Below are positions 10,814-21,647 of a stretch of DNA of 64,000 bases, piece after piece. The notes under the pieces were generated by a model. That model was not told the DNA's origin. It did no database searches and saw nothing but the letters and a program-made list of their open reading frames with translations. Positions within the stretch are counted from its first letter, which is position 1. The number at the start of each line of letters is the position of its first letter. The DNA is from an uncultured delta proteobacterium (GTDB lineage Bacteria > Desulfobacterota > Syntrophia > Syntrophales > UBA2185): positions 288,001-352,000 of the forward strand of contig CAVSPA010000003.1 in assembly GCA_963729715.1 (NCBI GenBank). Direction: 5' to 3'. The translations under genes were made by a program, and so were the position numbers.

Positions 10814-12154
10814 ATGAATCTTCTGACCAGTCCGCTTCTTACCGATCTTTACCAGTTAACCATGATGCAGGGTTATGTGGATGAGGGTATGCAAGAAGAG
10901 GCAGTCTTTGAGTTTTATGTGCGGAGCCTGCCCCCGAGCCGCGGTTTCCTGGTCGCGGCCGGTCTTGATACGTTGCTCACTTTCCTCGAAGACATGCGAT
11001 TCACTGAAGAGGAACTAAAATACATTGCAGGTACGGGCAGGTTTTCCCAAGCTCTGCTGAATTATCTCGCCAAATTCCGCTTCCGCGGCGATGTGTATGC
11101 GATGCCGGAAGGAACAGTCTTCTTTGAAAACGAGCCAGTCGTGCGCGTAGTTGCCCCCATGCCGGAGGCGCAACTGATTGAGACGCGCCTGATTAATATC
11201 GTGCATTTCGAGACGCTCATTGCCAGCAAAGCGGCCCGTTGCATGCTGGCTGCAGATGACAAGGCTGTGCTGATCGATTTCGGGGTCCGCCGATCTCACG
11301 GGGCCGAGGCTGGGCTCCTGGCGGCTCGGGACTCATACATGACCGGCTTCGCCGGCACATCAACCGTGCTGGCGGAGGCCATCTATGGGATACCTATTTT
11401 CGGAACGATGGCCCATTCCTATGTTGAGGCCCATGGGGACGAGTTGGAGGCGTTTCTTAGTTTTGCCCGTGCGAATCCGAACAATACAACCCTTCTTATC
11501 GATACGTACGATGTCCATAACGGCGCAAGAAAAGCGGTTGAAGCGGCGAAAATATTAAAGGAGACAGGAATAAGTGTTCGAGCCGTGCGCCTTGACAGCG
11601 GTGACCTTTTGATTCTCTCGAAAGATGTCCGCGAGATTCTCGATCAGGCAGGTCTGACAGATGTCCGTATCTTCGCAAGCGGCAATCTCGATGAGTATGC
11701 GATCCGCGATCTATTGTCTTACAGGGCGCCCATAAATGGTTTTGGCGTAGGTACAAAGCTGGATACCTCAGAAGATGCGCCATACCTGGAATGCGCTTAC
11801 AAGCTGATGGAGTATGCGGGCATGCCGCGATTCAAGAAGTCACAGGGGAAAGCTACCATTCCGGGATGCAAACAAGTCTTTCGCCGCTTTGAAGACCGGG
11901 CGATGGTTCAGGACATTCTGACTGTTGATGGGGATGAGATAGAGGGGACCCCGCTTCTTGCCAAGGTGATGAGCGGCGGTAAAACTATTTCCAGGCGCCA
12001 GGATTTGAAAGAGATTGCGGTGTACACGCGGTCGCAGTTGAAGTCTCTTCCTGCTCATTTTCAGAGACTGGAGACGACACCGCCGTATCCCGTAAGAATA
12101 TCCCCCGCGTTATCAAGGATTGAACACGAAAGCGAACGGCGGTTGGGTTTGTAG
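10814..12154 (+). CDS. pncB: Nicotinate phosphoribosyltransferase
   Basis: LLTDLYQLTM, DFGVRR, GTMAHS, LIDTYD, VRLDSGD. Confidence 0.95.
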   Translation: MNLLTSPLLTDLYQLTMMQGYVDEGMQEEAVFEFYVRSLPPSRGFLVAAGLDTLLTFLEDMRFTEEELKYIAGTGRFSQALLNYLAKFRFRGDVYAMPEGTVFFENEPVVRVVAPMPEAQLIETRLINIVHFETLIASKAARCMLAADDKAVLIDFGVRRSHGAEAGLLAARDSYMTGFAGTSTVLAEAIYGIPIFGTMAHSYVEAHGDELEAFLSFARANPNNTTLLIDTYDVHNGARKAVEAAKILKETGISVRAVRLDSGDLLILSKDVREILDQAGLTDVRIFASGNLDEYAIRDLLSYRAPINGFGVGTKLDTSEDAPYLECAYKLMEYAGMPRFKKSQGKATIPGCKQVFRRFEDRAMVQDILTVDGDEIEGTPLLAKVMSGGKTISRRQDLKEIAVYTRSQLKSLPAHFQRLETTPPYPVRISPALSRIEHESERRLGL

Positions 12155-12259
12155 ACTGTTCGTGATTCGTTATGCGTGACTCCGGGGTGCTCTGCGGAGA
12201 AGACTCTTCAGATTTATCTTCAATTTTGATCACAGAAAAGAAAGTTCCCCGCGAATTCT

Positions 12260-13867
12260 CTATTTTTTCAAATTACACTTTAGGGCCGCACCGATAAATT
12301 TGCCGAAGAGCGGATGGGGGCTAGTCGGACGCGATTTAAATTCGGGGTGAAACTGGCATCCGAGAAACCACGGGTTGTCCTTGATCTCGACGATCTCGAC
12401 AAGGCGGCGATCAGGCGACGTGCCGGTAATATGCAGACCCTTCTCAACGAGGATATCTCTGAAAGTGTTGTTCACTTCGTAACGGTGCCTGTGTCTTTCA
12501 CTGATTTCACTGATACCGTAAGCATCAAATGCAAAAGATTCGGACTCCAAAAGGCAGGCATAGGCGCCCAGCCTCATGGTTGCGCCCATCTCCTTTATGC
12601 TTCTCTGCTCGGGCAGATAATCGATCACCGGATACGCGGTGTCTTTGTCAAATTCGGAACTGTTCGCCTTTTCGAGTTTACATATGTGCCGGGCGAATTC
12701 CACAACGGCGAGTTGCATGCCCAGGCAGATACCGAAATACGGGACCTTTTTTTCACGGGCAAATTGAATGGCGGTAATCATTCCCTCAATGCCGCGCTCT
12801 CCGAAGCCTCCGGGTACGAGGATGCCATCAGCGCCTTCGAGAAGGTTGCCCAACCCTTCTTTTTCGATCTTTTCCGAATCGACAAAACGCAGGTTCACCC
12901 GGCAGTTATTTGCAATGCCCCCATGCACGAGAGCTTCATTGAGGCTCTTGTAGGAATCCGTCAAATTCACGTATTTACCCACTATGGCGATGCACACTTC
13001 GTGGGGAGGATTCTTGATCTTGTCTGCCACATCCTCCCATGCCTCGAGATGCGGCCTGCCCGTCCAGATATTCAAGAGGTCGACAATTTTATTATCGACC
13101 CCTTCCTTGTGAAAAACTATTGGCACTTCATAGATACACTGCACATCCTTTGCCGTAAATACGGATGAAACTTCCACATTACAAAAAAGAGCTATCTTGG
13201 CCTTGATTTCTTCCGGGAGAAAATCTTCCGTACGGCACAAGAGAATGTCAGGTTGAATACCGATTTCACGGAGGGCCTTCACACTGTGCTGCGTCGGTTT
13301 TGTTTTAACCTCCCCGGCAGTCTTTATGAAAGGGACCCAAGTTAGGTGTATAAATATGGCGTTTTGTCTTCCGACTTCATTACGGAATTGCCTGATTGCC
13401 TCCAAGAAAGGCTGGCTCTCAATGTCTCCGACGGTTCCGCCGACTTCTATAATCGCAACGTCGAACCCGGCCGCGCAGCTCTTGATGTAATCTTTTATTT
13501 CGTCCGTAACATGGGGAATCACCTGCACCGTCTTGCCCAGATATTCACCCTTCCTTTCCTTTGAGATTACCGAAAAATATACCTGACCGGACGTGAGATT
13601 GTTGCACTTCGCCATGCGGGTCGAGGTAAATCGCTCATAGTGCCCCAAGTCAAGGTCTGTTTCAGCGCCATCGTCCGTCACAAAAACCTCGCCGTGCTGG
13701 AATGGACTAAGGGTGCCGGGATCGACATTGATATACGGATCCAGCTTTTGATTGGTCACCCTGAGCCCCCGGCTCTCGAGAAGGGCTGCAATAGAAGCAG
13801 CCGCCAAGCCTTTGCCAAGGGAAGAGAGAACACCGCCCGTCACAAAAATAAATTTTGTCTTCTTCAT
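12260..13867 (-). CDS. pyrG: CTP synthase
   Basis: [36 protein letters not shown]. Confidence 0.98.
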   Translation of the reverse strand: MKKTKFIFVTGGVLSSLGKGLAAASIAALLESRGLRVTNQKLDPYINVDPGTLSPFQHGEVFVTDDGAETDLDLGHYERFTSTRMAKCNNLTSGQVYFSVISKERKGEYLGKTVQVIPHVTDEIKDYIKSCAAGFDVAIIEVGGTVGDIESQPFLEAIRQFRNEVGRQNAIFIHLTWVPFIKTAGEVKTKPTQHSVKALREIGIQPDILLCRTEDFLPEEIKAKIALFCNVEVSSVFTAKDVQCIYEVPIVFHKEGVDNKIVDLLNIWTGRPHLEAWEDVADKIKNPPHEVCIAIVGKYVNLTDSYKSLNEALVHGGIANNCRVNLRFVDSEKIEKEGLGNLLEGADGILVPGGFGERGIEGMITAIQFAREKKVPYFGICLGMQLAVVEFARHICKLEKANSSEFDKDTAYPVIDYLPEQRSIKEMGATMRLGAYACLLESESFAFDAYGISEISERHRHRYEVNNTFRDILVEKGLHITGTSPDRRLVEIVEIKDNPWFLGCQFHPEFKSRPTSPHPLFGKFIGAALKCNLKK

Positions 13868-16800
13868 GATTGCTCCTGAAATTTACTTGCCCGAGAGTTA
13901 TTGCTGTTCCCTCCCAGAGATTTTTTTATCTGACCCGCAATAACCTCCACCGTCTCGCCGAGGAGAATTCCTGTGGAAATACTTTCCAGATAGCGGTCAT
14001 CCCACGGCAGATTATATTCGTTGACGAGATTGCGGATGTCGTTGAATTTGTAGCCTAGGACATCTTTCTTTCCTTTCACGGAAAGTGATTCGTTAAATTC
14101 CACGTGGATCAAGAGCAGGCTCCCTATGCCTCCCCCCTCCCCGAGAAGGGGAATAACGACGATGGAAGCGCCATCGGATTTTCCCCGGCCGAAATATACA
14201 TGGCCGGTACTCACTATCGTCCTTTTGGTTCCCATGAGATTACTCGAACCTTCCGTCCTCGACTTCATCGTGAGTGAGACGCCCCCTCTGTCTTTAACAG
14301 TTATCGTTGAAGTATCCACGGGATTTCCTTCAGCGTCCAGATTATTAATGTCATAGAGAGTGTAACCGTTCAACGCGGCAATGGCCGGCTGAATCCTTGC
14401 GATGGTCAAGACATTCTTGGTGACGATGGATTTGGTCGAGAATTCAAGTTTCCTTAATATGTCAAAGACAATGCCTCTGAGAGGCTGTTCCTTCCTGCTT
14501 GTTCCGACTGTCACTGTCTTGGCCTGATGTCTGATGGCGTCTATCGGTCTCGATAGCTCATCTACCGAGTGGCCGAGAGAGATATCAAGCATCTCAACCG
14601 GGGACGGCAGCCCCTCCTCATTCCTGAAATCACTCCAGTAGTCTTCAAGAGGCAGCTTTCCGGCTGCATATTTGAGAAGAAGAACTATATCAGATATGGT
14701 ATTGACATTAGTAAATGAAAAGGCGCCGTCCGTTCTTTTTTGATTGAATTCGGACGAGAAATCCCTGACGATCTTCCGGTAGTTTCTGTCTGCAAGCCTC
14801 TCGTAAATGGAATAATTTTTTTTCTCATGTTCCGCCATTATAAGATCGAGATGGCTCCTGAATTCCCGCAAGAAAATTGCGTCTTCGTTAATGCTGCAGG
14901 CGGCATAGTAACCCCATAGATGTCCTGCTAGGGTATTTAAGATTACAGGCATGGGCATCGCCGCCCTCGGCACCTCAACGACCGCGTCGGCCACTCCGTC
15001 GAACCTGCTTTCACCGTCATCTGCAAAAACGACAACACCCGCTCTGTGCGCCTTGAAGATGGCTACATCTTTTATGATGTCTCCCGTCACAGTTTCCGGG
15101 CTGCCCGCTGCACAGACTATGATCAAGGGTTCGGCAGACAGGTCAATATGCTTCTTGTTTTCTATAAAATCCGATGATATCGTTTTGTAACATAGCTCGC
15201 TTAGTTTTATCCTGATCTCATCTGCCGCCGCCTTGTTAGGCCCGTCTCCCACTACAGCCCAGTACCTTCTCTTTTTTGCGAGCATATCGACTGACTGCTT
15301 GATTTGCTCCTTCTTCTCTATCACCCTGTTCATCATGCTGGGCGCCTGTTCGAGGTTGTGAAGCTCATCGGCGATAAAGTCGTCGGAGAAATTCGCAAGT
15401 AGCTGGCCAAGACAGAGCGCGAGTACATGACCCGCCACAACCTGAGAGTAGAATGCCTTGGTTGAGGCTACGGACATTTCTATATCCCTGCCGTCGCTCG
15501 TATAAAACACTCCGTTTGCCTTCCCTGTTATGTCGGACTGCCTCCTGTTGACGATGGCGATAACAGTCGCGCCCCGTTCCACGGCCATCGCCACGGCACG
15601 GTTGGTGTCTGTCGTCGTTCCCGACTGCGTGATGGGGATTACGAGTGTATCTTTCAGGTCATCCTCCAGGAAGAAGCCGCTCAATTCCGATGCGACCATG
15701 GCGCCAATCTCGATGTGAGTGCCCTTGAGATACCGCTGCAGGCCGCAGGCAACCGCCTCTCCGGCAACGGCGGCGGTACCATGACCGATGACAATGATTC
15801 TCTTTGTCTCACCGCGGGCGAAGGCCTGTCTCCACCCCTCCGGTATGATGTCCCGGCCAAGATTGAAGACAACTCTATATCTTCCGTTTTCCTCTTTTGA
15901 GATTCGATATTTGCCGCGCAGCGTTTTTCTTACGGAGAGAGTTGCTTCGGAAATTTCTTTCAGGAAATAATGCGGATAATTACCCCGATCTATATCACGG
16001 GTGGTGATTTCCGCCTTGTGCACGGAGTCGTTTCCCAGGGAGAGAGAAGTTCCGTCGTAAAAAAACGCGCTGATCCCCGCAAGACCCCCTTGAGAGTTCT
16101 GCTCAAGGATAAATATCTGGCCTGACACTTCAGGATCAGCGTCTGAAGAAGATCTTTCGCCGTCCATCTTCACGAAAAAAGGAGTGCCCTCCACGAGACC
16201 ATAAAGTTCCGACGAAAATATGTAGTCTTCGGGGGCAAGGCCTACATAAATGGATTGCCCGCTGCCCTTGAGGGCAAGAAACACCTTTCCCGGCTCCGTA
16301 TTGCAGGTCATGGCAATGGCATGCGAGCCTTCAAATGCGTTTACGGCCAGTCTGAACGCCTCGGCCAGATCATGCCCGGCAAGCAAATGTTTTTCAATTT
16401 GCAGGGGTATGATCTTCGTGTCGGTCGTAATATGTGGAGCAATGAGGTCTTCTCCCTCTTCAATCGCATTTCGGAGCGATTGATAATTGTCTATGTCTCC
16501 GTTTAAGATGACGTTAATGAACCAGCTTCCCTCGCCATAGACAGGGTATTTTTTTGTGATCTCCGGCCAGAGAGCATCTTCACGGCCGCCGTTGCTGTTC
16601 ATCGTAAAGTTATTAATCGGATGGCAGTTTTCTTCCGTAATGGAACCCACTGATGCCCACCTCGTGTGGGATATGGACGTCTCAAATTCCGTCTCGTACT
16701 TGGACAATTCATAGAACACCTTGTCATGGGAGATGAATTTTCTCAGATCTCTGACGTTTTGACCGAGTTCGCCGATAATGGATGATGTCTTGTATACGAA

Positions 16801-17679
16801 TGCGATATCAATCCCTTTGCCCCGCGGACTATTCACGGCTGTTATCGCATGAGAGACACAGATCGAACCGTTAATAAGGTCACCTGCGCGGATCCTCGTG
16901 GAATAATCATCGTACAGGCCTTTCTCTCTGAGCACTCTTAAGATATTCTCAAAAGAGGCCGTATCGGAGAGCCAGAAGGATATCTGCATCCCTGCCGAGT
17001 CCCGTCCCCTTACCTCCAACCTGTCGAGGCAGTTCAGAAGAAAATTTATTTTCCTATATTTTATAAATGATGCGGGAGAAATTTCTTTGACGCAGCCCGC
17101 TCCCGAGAGCCGCCTGATTTTTTCTACATTCTCGAGCACATCTTTCTCGAGACCCCAGATAATATCCTTCATCAGGATATGTCTACTGTTTATCGTTTCC
17201 GTCTCCTCCGTCGGGAAGTTACCGGCGTTTTCTTCGAGGCCTTTTTCTTCGACGAGGAAAAACACCTTCATCTCTTTGGTAATGTCCGACAGTTGAGAGG
17301 CAGTGAGGGGCTTGAAATAGATTTCCTGAAATGCAGCGTCTGTCTTTAACTGGAAGAGAGTTTCTTCCATTTCCTGAAGCTTTCGGGCACCCCCCAGATA
17401 TTGGCCGGGTGTGATAGAGCGGGCAGAGAGCGCCTTCATGTTATTTTTCTTGATGTTCCGGAAGAGTTGGGCAAGCTGCTTTATGAGGTTGCCTTCTTCA
17501 CGTTTGCCTGCCCCTTTTATTGCCAGGATTCCGGCGAAGCCGCAGCAGACGACATCAGGAATTATCGGGAAAAAGACTATCGAGTATTCGGGAACCGCAT
17601 GTGCATTAACGCCGACATAGATATTCCATTTCATGAGATAGCTGCTTACTTCAGCACACCATTGTCTTAATATCTGCAT
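13864..17679 (-). CDS. glmS: Unusually large glutamine-fructose-6-phosphate aminotransferase-like protein (Ntn GATase + SIS domains + extensions)
   Basis: CGFAG, RGRDSAG, HTRWAS, NGDIDNY, TDT, TQSGTT, VASTKAF; exact start uncertain. Confidence 0.8.
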   Translation of the reverse strand: MQILRQWCAEVSSYLMKWNIYVGVNAHAVPEYSIVFFPIIPDVVCCGFAGILAIKGAGKREEGNLIKQLAQLFRNIKKNNMKALSARSITPGQYLGGARKLQEMEETLFQLKTDAAFQEIYFKPLTASQLSDITKEMKVFFLVEEKGLEENAGNFPTEETETINSRHILMKDIIWGLEKDVLENVEKIRRLSGAGCVKEISPASFIKYRKINFLLNCLDRLEVRGRDSAGMQISFWLSDTASFENILRVLREKGLYDDYSTRIRAGDLINGSICVSHAITAVNSPRGKGIDIAFVYKTSSIIGELGQNVRDLRKFISHDKVFYELSKYETEFETSISHTRWASVGSITEENCHPINNFTMNSNGGREDALWPEITKKYPVYGEGSWFINVILNGDIDNYQSLRNAIEEGEDLIAPHITTDTKIIPLQIEKHLLAGHDLAEAFRLAVNAFEGSHAIAMTCNTEPGKVFLALKGSGQSIYVGLAPEDYIFSSELYGLVEGTPFFVKMDGERSSSDADPEVSGQIFILEQNSQGGLAGISAFFYDGTSLSLGNDSVHKAEITTRDIDRGNYPHYFLKEISEATLSVRKTLRGKYRISKEENGRYRVVFNLGRDIIPEGWRQAFARGETKRIIVIGHGTAAVAGEAVACGLQRYLKGTHIEIGAMVASELSGFFLEDDLKDTLVIPITQSGTTTDTNRAVAMAVERGATVIAIVNRRQSDITGKANGVFYTSDGRDIEMSVASTKAFYSQVVAGHVLALCLGQLLANFSDDFIADELHNLEQAPSMMNRVIEKKEQIKQSVDMLAKKRRYWAVVGDGPNKAAADEIRIKLSELCYKTISSDFIENKKHIDLSAEPLIIVCAAGSPETVTGDIIKDVAIFKAHRAGVVVFADDGESRFDGVADAVVEVPRAAMPMPVILNTLAGHLWGYYAACSINEDAIFLREFRSHLDLIMAEHEKKNYSIYERLADRNYRKIVRDFSSEFNQKRTDGAFSFTNVNTISDIVLLLKYAAGKLPLEDYWSDFRNEEGLPSPVEMLDISLGHSVDELSRPIDAIRHQAKTVTVGTSRKEQPLRGIVFDILRKLEFSTKSIVTKNVLTIARIQPAIAALNGYTLYDINNLDAEGNPVDTSTITVKDRGGVSLTMKSRTEGSSNLMGTKRTIVSTGHVYFGRGKSDGASIVVIPLLGEGGGIGSLLLIHVEFNESLSVKGKKDVLGYKFNDIRNLVNEYNLPWDDRYLESISTGILLGETVEVIAGQIKKSLGGNSNNSRASKFQEQS

Positions 17680-17720
17680 ATGAAAATTATCAAAGTCCCG
17701 ATTTCGTTTGATTGATGGCG

Positions 17721-18938
17721 TCAGGAATTGCAGGACGGCAAATGGATTAATGCCTCATGAATGACCTGATCCACAATGTTTTGCAGCCATGCCGTTCCCT
17801 TGATTGATGCATTTCTATCCAAGCCCTGAATGACTTTTATATAATCGCCTTCGGCCTTAATTCGGTTATGAATAATCTTGATGAAGGCATCCCTGTTCTT
17901 GAGATCAACAGATGCCTCTTTTCCGGCTGCGAAAGTCTCCTCAAGCCTCGGCCAATTTTCGCTCAAATCCTTTTTCTGTTTGAGAAGCTCTTCCTGCGTG
18001 CATTTTTTCATGGCATCCCTGCCCAGTTCTATGGAGGTTTCCATTTTGATAGATAGGTCTTTGAAGCGCTTCAATCTTTCCTCAATGGCCATTTCAAGCT
18101 TGTCCATGGCCCCGACATACAGATCTCCGCCCATATGCTCCTGTTGAAAGAATGGTTGCCGGATGTGGGCATACCACTGTCTTAACGCTAAGAGGTTGGC
18201 GATGTAGCAGATGTTATTATAGACACGATGCTTGATACTTCTGTAAAAACCTGCACGAAAAGATTTGTCATGGGTGGAGATGTCTCTTTCCGTTATTAAT
18301 CTGTTTCCTTTAGGATAATCCCTCCTGCAAACCACTCCCGCCGCGGTCACGCTGCCATAACCGATTCTGACAGGACCGACCAGCCCCCCCTGACCACCCA
18401 GGAAAATGGGCGGTTGGTTTAACATGACGCCTCTCGGCACGTCGCCGATGAGTGAAGGTGTGGCTTTATCCTGGTTGGGTGTGTAATTGAAATGTATATA
18501 GGAGCTTCCGACTTCGCTGTGATTTTTCCTGCTCGTTCCGCCTGCCATGAAACAGTCACAAAAGTTGATGAGGCTGCCCAAGGTTACAAACGGGAAGAGT
18601 ATGGTCTGCTTTAATCCGACTGTATGATTCGCAGTGGCCTCTTCTTCTAGGACACATCCTTCACGGACCTGCGCGCCGCCTGCCACGGCCGCCTTTCGCA
18701 GAAAGACGGATGATTTGAAAAATCCCCCTCGCAGCTCGACATCCGGTCCTGTTTGACAATCGACGATCGTTGCCGGCGCCTCATATCCCAGCTTAGTTCC
18801 CTGAGAGATCAGGGTTCTTGACCCATAGATCCTGGTTCCGGGATAGATGGCTACGCCGTTGCCGGAAATCCTCTCAAGGACTATCTCTTCTCCGATATCT
18901 ATAGAAAAGGGGCTCGGTATATTGACCCCCTTCTCCAT
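17721..18938 (-). CDS. GlmU-related left-handed beta-helix protein lacking the N-terminal uridyltransferase domain
   Basis: Hexapeptide-like repeats, SSYIHFNY...DKAT, FLGG...VGPVRIG; adjacent to glmS; start placed after the upstream gene (track start 19103 overlaps it). Confidence 0.75.
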   Translation of the reverse strand: MEKGVNIPSPFSIDIGEEIVLERISGNGVAIYPGTRIYGSRTLISQGTKLGYEAPATIVDCQTGPDVELRGGFFKSSVFLRKAAVAGGAQVREGCVLEEEATANHTVGLKQTILFPFVTLGSLINFCDCFMAGGTSRKNHSEVGSSYIHFNYTPNQDKATPSLIGDVPRGVMLNQPPIFLGGQGGLVGPVRIGYGSVTAAGVVCRRDYPKGNRLITERDISTHDKSFRAGFYRSIKHRVYNNICYIANLLALRQWYAHIRQPFFQQEHMGGDLYVGAMDKLEMAIEERLKRFKDLSIKMETSIELGRDAMKKCTQEELLKQKKDLSENWPRLEETFAAGKEASVDLKNRDAFIKIIHNRIKAEGDYIKVIQGLDRNASIKGTAWLQNIVDQVIHEALIHLPSCNS

Positions 18939-18963
18939 CAATTTAACTATGTTATCTGACAGG

Positions 18964-19278
18964 CTAACTTTTGTTTTCACGACTGATGCCCAGCTTGGCC
19001 ATTTTTTTCTGGAATGTATTTCTGTTGATTCCAAGGTAATTGGCTGCAGCACTCTTGACATTACCATTCCGCTTAAGGGCAATTTTGAAAAGACATCTTT
19101 CAACCATGATCAAGACTTCTTCATGCAATCTGCTTTTCCTCTTTTTTCCGTCACCGACTTGACAGAGGACTGTAGAAACGTCTTCAAGCTTCTTTTCCAT
19201 AGCCTCTTCAATAAGCGCATATGGCTTTGCCGGAACATTTTGATCCACAGCTGCAGATTTTGTTTTCTTACGTTTCAT
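18964..19278 (-). CDS. Fis-family helix-turn-helix protein
   Basis: VERCLFKIAL..GNVKSAAANYLGINRNTFQKKM. Confidence 0.85.
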   Translation of the reverse strand: MKRKKTKSAAVDQNVPAKPYALIEEAMEKKLEDVSTVLCQVGDGKKRKSRLHEEVLIMVERCLFKIALKRNGNVKSAAANYLGINRNTFQKKMAKLGISRENKS

Positions 19279-19369
19279 AATAACGACGCGCCCCTTCTCC
19301 CATTCTTTTGTCGTGAAGAAAGTCTGTGACTCTTAACTTAGCTTATGACTTTTTACAAGATAAGAAAAT

Positions 19370-19888
19370 TTACGAGGTAAACAGTTTTATTGTTATGATC
19401 CCTGCAAGAACCGCAGCCGTAAACCAAGTCATAATGATATCCGACATATTCTTTGCGGGATGTTCAATCTGTCTCCTGACTTCTTCTTCCACCTTTTCAT
19501 TGTCCATGTGAGAGGCAAGATCACCTACGAGAGTGGAAAATCTTTCATATGCATTGGATAGAATATAAAATCCCTTCACTGTAGTCAACAGGATATATAC
19601 CCTATTTCTCAGGATCAGGGCGCCTATATGAGTGATATCCTCCCAATGGAGTTCTTCTCTCCGCATGAATTTCCTGATCATGATGCCCTGGTCACCCGTT
19701 TTGACCATGCGGAATGCGGATTCGATAAGAACATAAAGAACGGGTATAAAGATCGCAGTAAGTAATATTCTTTCTAATTTCGACCCGCCCAGGAAGTACG
19801 ACAACAGGAGAAGAAAGAAGAGGAGAATAAAATCAGCGAAAAAGGGAATGAGAAACGATCTTCTTATTCTATAGACGTTTTGATACAT
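19370..19888 (-). CDS. Membrane protein (two N-terminal TMs, PH-like soluble part, C-terminal TM)
   Basis: Hydropathy pattern; co-oriented within operon. Confidence 0.7.
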   Translation of the reverse strand: MYQNVYRIRRSFLIPFFADFILLFFLLLLSYFLGGSKLERILLTAIFIPVLYVLIESAFRMVKTGDQGIMIRKFMRREELHWEDITHIGALILRNRVYILLTTVKGFYILSNAYERFSTLVGDLASHMDNEKVEEEVRRQIEHPAKNMSDIIMTWFTAAVLAGIITIKLFTS

Positions 19889-19923
19889 AGCTTCTTATGG
19901 GCAGACAGACGGGGATCTTTCAT

Positions 19924-20403
19924 CTATGCATCTCTAATGAAGAGACCACTCTTGCCGCCTTGTTTTGTGATTAATTTGACGTCCGAAAGAACCATGTTCT
20001 TGTCGGCGGATTTGCACATATCGTAAATTGTGAGAGCCGCAACGCTGACGGCGGTCATGGCTTCCATCTCCACCCCGGTTCTTCCCACAGTCTGCACTGT
20101 CGCTTCAATGGTAATTTCACCGAGATCAGCATCTTTCGTAAACATTATGTCAATCCCTGTCAATTCCAGGGGGTGGCACATGGGGATCAATTCGCTTGTT
20201 TTCTTCGCCGCCATGATCCCCGCAATCTTGGCAACAACGAAGACATCCCCTTTGGGTATTTTTCCCCTTTCGATGAGATTCAACGTCTCTTTCTTCATCA
20301 GGACCTTGCCCCGGGCAACGGCCTTTCGTACGGACCGTTCCTTTCCCGTCACATCAACCATCTTGGCCTTGCCTTTATCATCGAGGTGGGAGAACTTAGT
20401 CAT
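19924..20403 (-). CDS. moaC: Cyclic pyranopterin monophosphate synthase
   Basis: MVDVTGK, LIPMCHP, TGVEMEA, YDMCK, GGKSG. Confidence 0.97.
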   Translation of the reverse strand: MTKFSHLDDKGKAKMVDVTGKERSVRKAVARGKVLMKKETLNLIERGKIPKGDVFVVAKIAGIMAAKKTSELIPMCHPLELTGIDIMFTKDADLGEITIEATVQTVGRTGVEMEAMTAVSVAALTIYDMCKSADKNMVLSDVKLITKQGGKSGLFIRDA

Positions 20404-20570
20404 TATGATTTTCTGAACCTCTCAGCCGGAAGTTGCGCCGAAATTAGCATAGCGCCTTTCCCCAGTCAAGAGAGTTAAAAAAATACTTTTCCGAAAGAAA
20501 TATCTTGCTATTAAACGACTAATTTTATAATATTTTCGCCAACTTTTGCGAAAATATCGGGGGGCACGAA

Positions 20571-21224
20571 TTGATTGTAAAAGTAATCAGCAGCACCGTT
20601 GTCGGTGTGGATTCGTATCCAATCGATGTGGAGGCAGACATATCGCTGGGACTTCCTCAATTTTTGACGGTGGGGCTTCCTGACATTGCAGCCAAGGAAA
20701 GCAAAGACAGAATCAAGGCAGCCATAAAAAATTCCGGCTATAAATTTCCCAAGAACCACGTTACCGTAAATCTCGCACCTACCGACATTAAGAAAGAAGG
20801 AACCGGTTTCGATCTTCCCATTGCAGTAGGTATCCTGACAGGCGAAGGTTGTATTGAACTTACGGACGCCCTCGATTACATCCTCATCGGTGAACTGTCC
20901 TTGGACGGGGGCATCAAGGGCGTCGATGGAGTCCTTTCCGCGGCCCTTCTGGCAAAGGAAATGGGAAAGAGGGACATAATCGTGTCAAGGGAAAACGCCA
21001 ACGAAGCCGCCATGGTGGAAGCTGTCGAAGTGATTCCTGTAGACGTCCTTTCCGACGTTGTTGAATTTCTTAACAGCAGGAAGAAAATAACACCACTTAC
21101 GCTTGACATAGCTGATCTATTCAATAAGAGCTGCAATTATCCTTTCGATTTCAGCGAAATCCGCGGTCAGGAGCATGCAAAAAGGGTGTTGGAAGTTGCC
21201 GCAGTCGGAGGTCATAATATAATA
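20571..21224 (+). pseudogene. comM: comM/YifB Mg-chelatase-like ATPase, 5' half interrupted by island
   Basis: VGLPD..KES.DR, TVNLAP, FDLPIA, GELSLDG, GQEHAKR..GGHNII then loss of homology. Confidence 0.92.
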
Positions 21225-21239
21225 TCATTATATCCTATT

Positions 21240-21252
21240 TAACCATTTGATA
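21240..21252 (-). promoter_or_regulatory. IHF consensus site just inside left island end
   Basis: Minus strand TATCAA-ATGG-TTA matches WATCAANNNNTTR. Confidence 0.5.
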
Positions 21253-21647
21253 TTACTTCTTTGTACCATTTTCTCCCAGTCTCACTCAATAAACAACTAC
21301 CCAGATCATCCAATCTATTTAGAGAGTCCTGCCGACAACATGGATTGAACCTGTTCCTAGTAAGACTTACAATGGCTGTGTCTGCCCGATGTGTGTCATC
21401 ATAATTGAATCAGGCGGCAGCAAATTTTCAAAAAAGAAGGAGGAAGATATCCTTGACAACCTACTTATCATCAAGATTTTGTTTCAGTAATAATATCGAT
21501 TACTGTTTGAAACATGCATAGAACGTTTTGTTTTTCATCCCTGCAGCTCATCGTGAAGGCGTGATCTAATCAATCATTGTAGGACCATCGTTCCCGATCT
21601 TTTTTATTGCTTCTTTTTCGAGAATATCGAGTGACGAAGCTTTGATC

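Noticed and set aside
12314..13168. Long antisense ORFs (also 2040-2804, 51057-52007, 52008-52781, 63391-63993)
   Set aside because: Shadow frames opposite well-supported genes, no motifs
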